Assembly: GCA_028534125.1 (NCBI GenBank)
Contig: CM052832.1
Location: forward strand, 6,946,001-7,010,000
Source: Lama glama
Lineage: Eukaryota
DNA: 64,000 nucleotides
Direction of reading: 5' to 3'
The notes beneath the pieces were generated by a model. It searched no databases. It had not been told where the DNA came from and saw only the letters and a program-made list of their open reading frames with translations. This document shows, one piece after another, positions 61,284-64,000 of this stretch. The position numbers and the translations under genes are program-made. The first letter of the stretch is position 1. Every line of letters begins with the position of its first letter.

Positions 61284-61405
61284 TTTTTTTTTTTTAAGTT
61301 GTTTTTATTTTAATTTATTTGATTTTTTCAATGGAGGTACTGTGGATTGAACCCAGGACCTCGTGCTTGCTAAGCGCGTGCTTTACCGCTGAGCTTCACC
61401 TACCT
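61284..61405 (-). mobile_element. tRNA-Ala-derived SINE (vic-1-like), more diverged copy
   Basis: 'atggaggtactgtggattgaacccaggacctcgtgcttgctaagcgcgtgctttaccgctgagct' preceded by a T-rich tail. Confidence 0.85.
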
Positions 61406-61849
61406 CTCGATTTTTGACATATTATTTAATATTGCTTAAGAGCCCAGACTCTGTGAAGTTAGATGTTAATTTATAGAAGATGTATATATTACACATAATT
61501 TTCTTCTGGTAGAGATGTAAGCAAACTCTGTTTAAATAGAAAAGATAACTTCAAGGGAAATGTTTGATGGCCCTGTACGCATAACCCAGTTTTGTATTTA
61601 GAGTTTCTATCTTACTTCATCAGTCTTTCTTTCATTGACTACATGTACTGCAGTGTCTTTCATTCTCTTTTAAACTAGCTTTCACATCCTGCAGGTTTCC
61701 TGATTAACGAGTTCAATGAATCTGTGACTCGTGCTCACTCTAGACTTGCATGGGAATTAGGATTTTAACTTTTTGAAAACCAGCAACTACATTTCAGCTG
61801 TGGGCAGAGGCCAACGCCAGAGATATTTTAAGACCCAGAGTGCTATAGG

Positions 61850-61990
61850 GCAGCCCTTCTCGGAGCCCAGTGTACACAGGAATCACCTAGGACCTTTGAA
61901 AATGCGGACTCTGATTAAGTGACTCCAGAGTGGGGCACTTCTCACAAGCGTCCAAGTGATGCCTGCTCGGCTGGTCACTCAGTGAGGCAG
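61850..61990. mobile_element. MER5A-like MITE
   Basis: 'gaatcacctaggacctttgaaaatgcggactctgatt...ctcacaagcgtccaagtgatgcctgct'. Confidence 0.6.
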
Positions 61991-62732
61991 AAGGCTGTAC
62001 ACAGTCTTCACAAAAGACTAAACGAATCTGTGAATCTGTGTTCCCTCCCCGCCCTCTGCTCCTCTAAAGGCAGCAGAATCAACCCAAGAGACAGCCCTGA
62101 TTCCCAAAGATCTGGGCTTGGTGGGGAGTTTCTGGAAACTCTTGGGGGAGGCTCAAGTGTATGTAGAGGGAAGTGGGTAGGAGGGTGGGGCAACCGAAAG
62201 GAAATGAAGTGATTCACGCTCAACTGCGATTGCAGGAGCATTAAACACAATCAGAGGGAAACCCAATCTTCCCACTGCAAAGGGGAACGTCCAATGTCTC
62301 TCCAAGCAATACAGCCTCCTCCCTCTCCTGACAGACCCACCCACCCCTTCCCCAAGGAGCCGTCCAGGGCTGTCAAGGGCATGGGCCGTTCTCAGACCTT
62401 GTGTTTTCCATGGCAGTTGAGTTGTCTGCGCCTCCTTTGGGAAGAGGAGAGGTGGGTCCCTTTTGTTGGCAGTGGGCACATTTCAGCACGTTGGTGGCCT
62501 GCCCCTGCTCTGCTACATGCTCTCTTGCATCATGGTGCTCTCGTATTTGTAATTAATCCTGCACACTTCTTGGAAACACACAGATCTCATTGACTCCAAG
62601 AAACACACAAATGGTCTAGTTTGCTCCTACCCAGGGGCCTCTACCAAAACGAAGAGGTATGTGTTCCCAGAGAGAATGGAGGGCGTGGATTCTGGAGCTC
62701 AAGGGCCTGCTCGTGGACTGCAGTGCACTGTG

Positions 62733-62832
62733 ATGAGAAGGAGAGAGGAGGGCAGGGAGAGAGAGAAGAAGGGAGGAAGGAATGAAAAAAGGAGGGAGGG
62801 AGGGAGAGGGGAAGGAAGAAAGGAGGGAGGGA
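62733..62832. repeat. Purine-rich low-complexity (GGAG/GGAA)n tract
   Basis: Directly visible. Confidence 0.85.
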
Positions 62833-64000
62833 ATTGTTCACAAAGCTAGATTTAGTCCATGAAAGAGCCATCTTTCATTCTGCAAGTATGTTCTTTCTGC
62901 CTCTTTGGACTGGTGTTAGCTGTCTCCTTCGAGACGACATTGGTAGTAGATGACAGATTTTTTGTTTTTGTTTGTTATGTCCTCCTTCAGTAAAATAAAA
63001 TGTTGGCAATCCCACGTTAGTCACCCAATTTGGGGAAACCATTCTACTCTGGAAATCCATCCAAGAGCCACTCACCCTGGGCTCCCAGGCAATAGCTGAG
63101 ATGCCCCTGAATAACTGAGTCCCCCTTTCTGGAAAACCAGACTTTGATTCCCAGAGGTGGCAGTGCGGGAGCAGGTCGCTTTCTCCCAGACACGGGGAGC
63201 CCCTCTGCTCCACCCATCTCCTGTCTGCTTAGGGGGAAGAAACCCTTGACAAGACAGTTAACAGAGCATCTTCTGCAGTGACTTCACATGAAATTTGGAA
63301 ACTGGGAGTGAGTTGGAGTTTGAAGACCTGGGCGTGAGTCTTGGTTCTTCCACTCAAAAACGGTGTGAACTTTTGTAAGTGGTGTAATCTTTTGGAAGCT
63401 GAAAAAATTTCCAGAGCTGCCAAAAGAGTAAAGTCAGTAACGTATACGAAGAGTGCTGTAAAACATAATATAAAAGAGCTGTAAAAATATAATCTATTGT
63501 TACAAGACCCCTCCCTCCCTCCTACCCAATTACCACACACAAATGAAACACTGCTGGGTTGATAGCTAAGATTTCTGACTCCTTTGGGCCCACTTTTGGT
63601 GGGGGACAATTAAATGATCTCAGAGACAAGCAATCTGATTTTGAATTATTTATTAGATTTTAATATCTGGGGTTTGTCAGGGCAGCAAGGGCTCTCCGGG
63701 TAATTCAAATGTGTATCCAAGGTCAATAACCACTCTTTACAGAACCTGAGGTACAGAAGAGATATCTGACCTACCTAGCTAAGTTACAGCTTATCAAATG
63801 CTCTGACATAATCATCTCATTTAACTCTAAAAAAATTTATTTTTACTGTTCCCAATTCCACACGAAAAACAGAGGTCTTAGAAATGAAATTACTGCCCAA
63901 ATTCACACCATCAGGGTAGCAAGGACAGGGTGCTTATCTAGTTCAGGTTGCCTATTCTTTACCCATCATTACCCCATTATATCAGAGAGCCAACACTGAA

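Noticed and set aside
1..64000. Prokaryotic or viral systems (CRISPR, operons, phage, intact ERV/LINE ORFs, horizontally acquired genes)
   Set aside because: No long homologous ORFs, repeat-spacer arrays or compositional island; everything recognisable is ordinary eutherian intron/intergenic content.

Overview
Mammalian genomic DNA, most likely camelid (alpaca/llama/camel), judging by three copies of a tRNA-Ala-derived vic-1-type SINE. The window covers the middle of the chloride intracellular channel gene CLIC5 on the + strand. Three internal coding exons (10060-10169, 13504-13629, 19891-19997) have canonical AG/GT ends and splice in frame to [18 protein letters not shown]...KQQSNA. The first exon(s) lie upstream of the window. 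I could not find the last two coding exons anywhere; they most likely fall in the 500-N assembly gap at 40368-40867. The rest is intronic/intergenic DNA rich in ancient repeats (MIR, L2, CR1/L3, L1, MaLR/ERVL LTRs, hAT DNA transposons) and microsatellites, plus several candidate regulatory islands. The most unusual object is a tailless 5'-half tRNA-Met(CAT) retrocopy with a perfect 13-bp target-site duplication, nested in an L1 3' end (47780-47901). No prokaryote-type system is present, and I found no convincing new protein-coding system; almost all ORF-track entries look like noise. Repeat family names and orthologue comparisons come from memory of consensus sequences, not from a database search.
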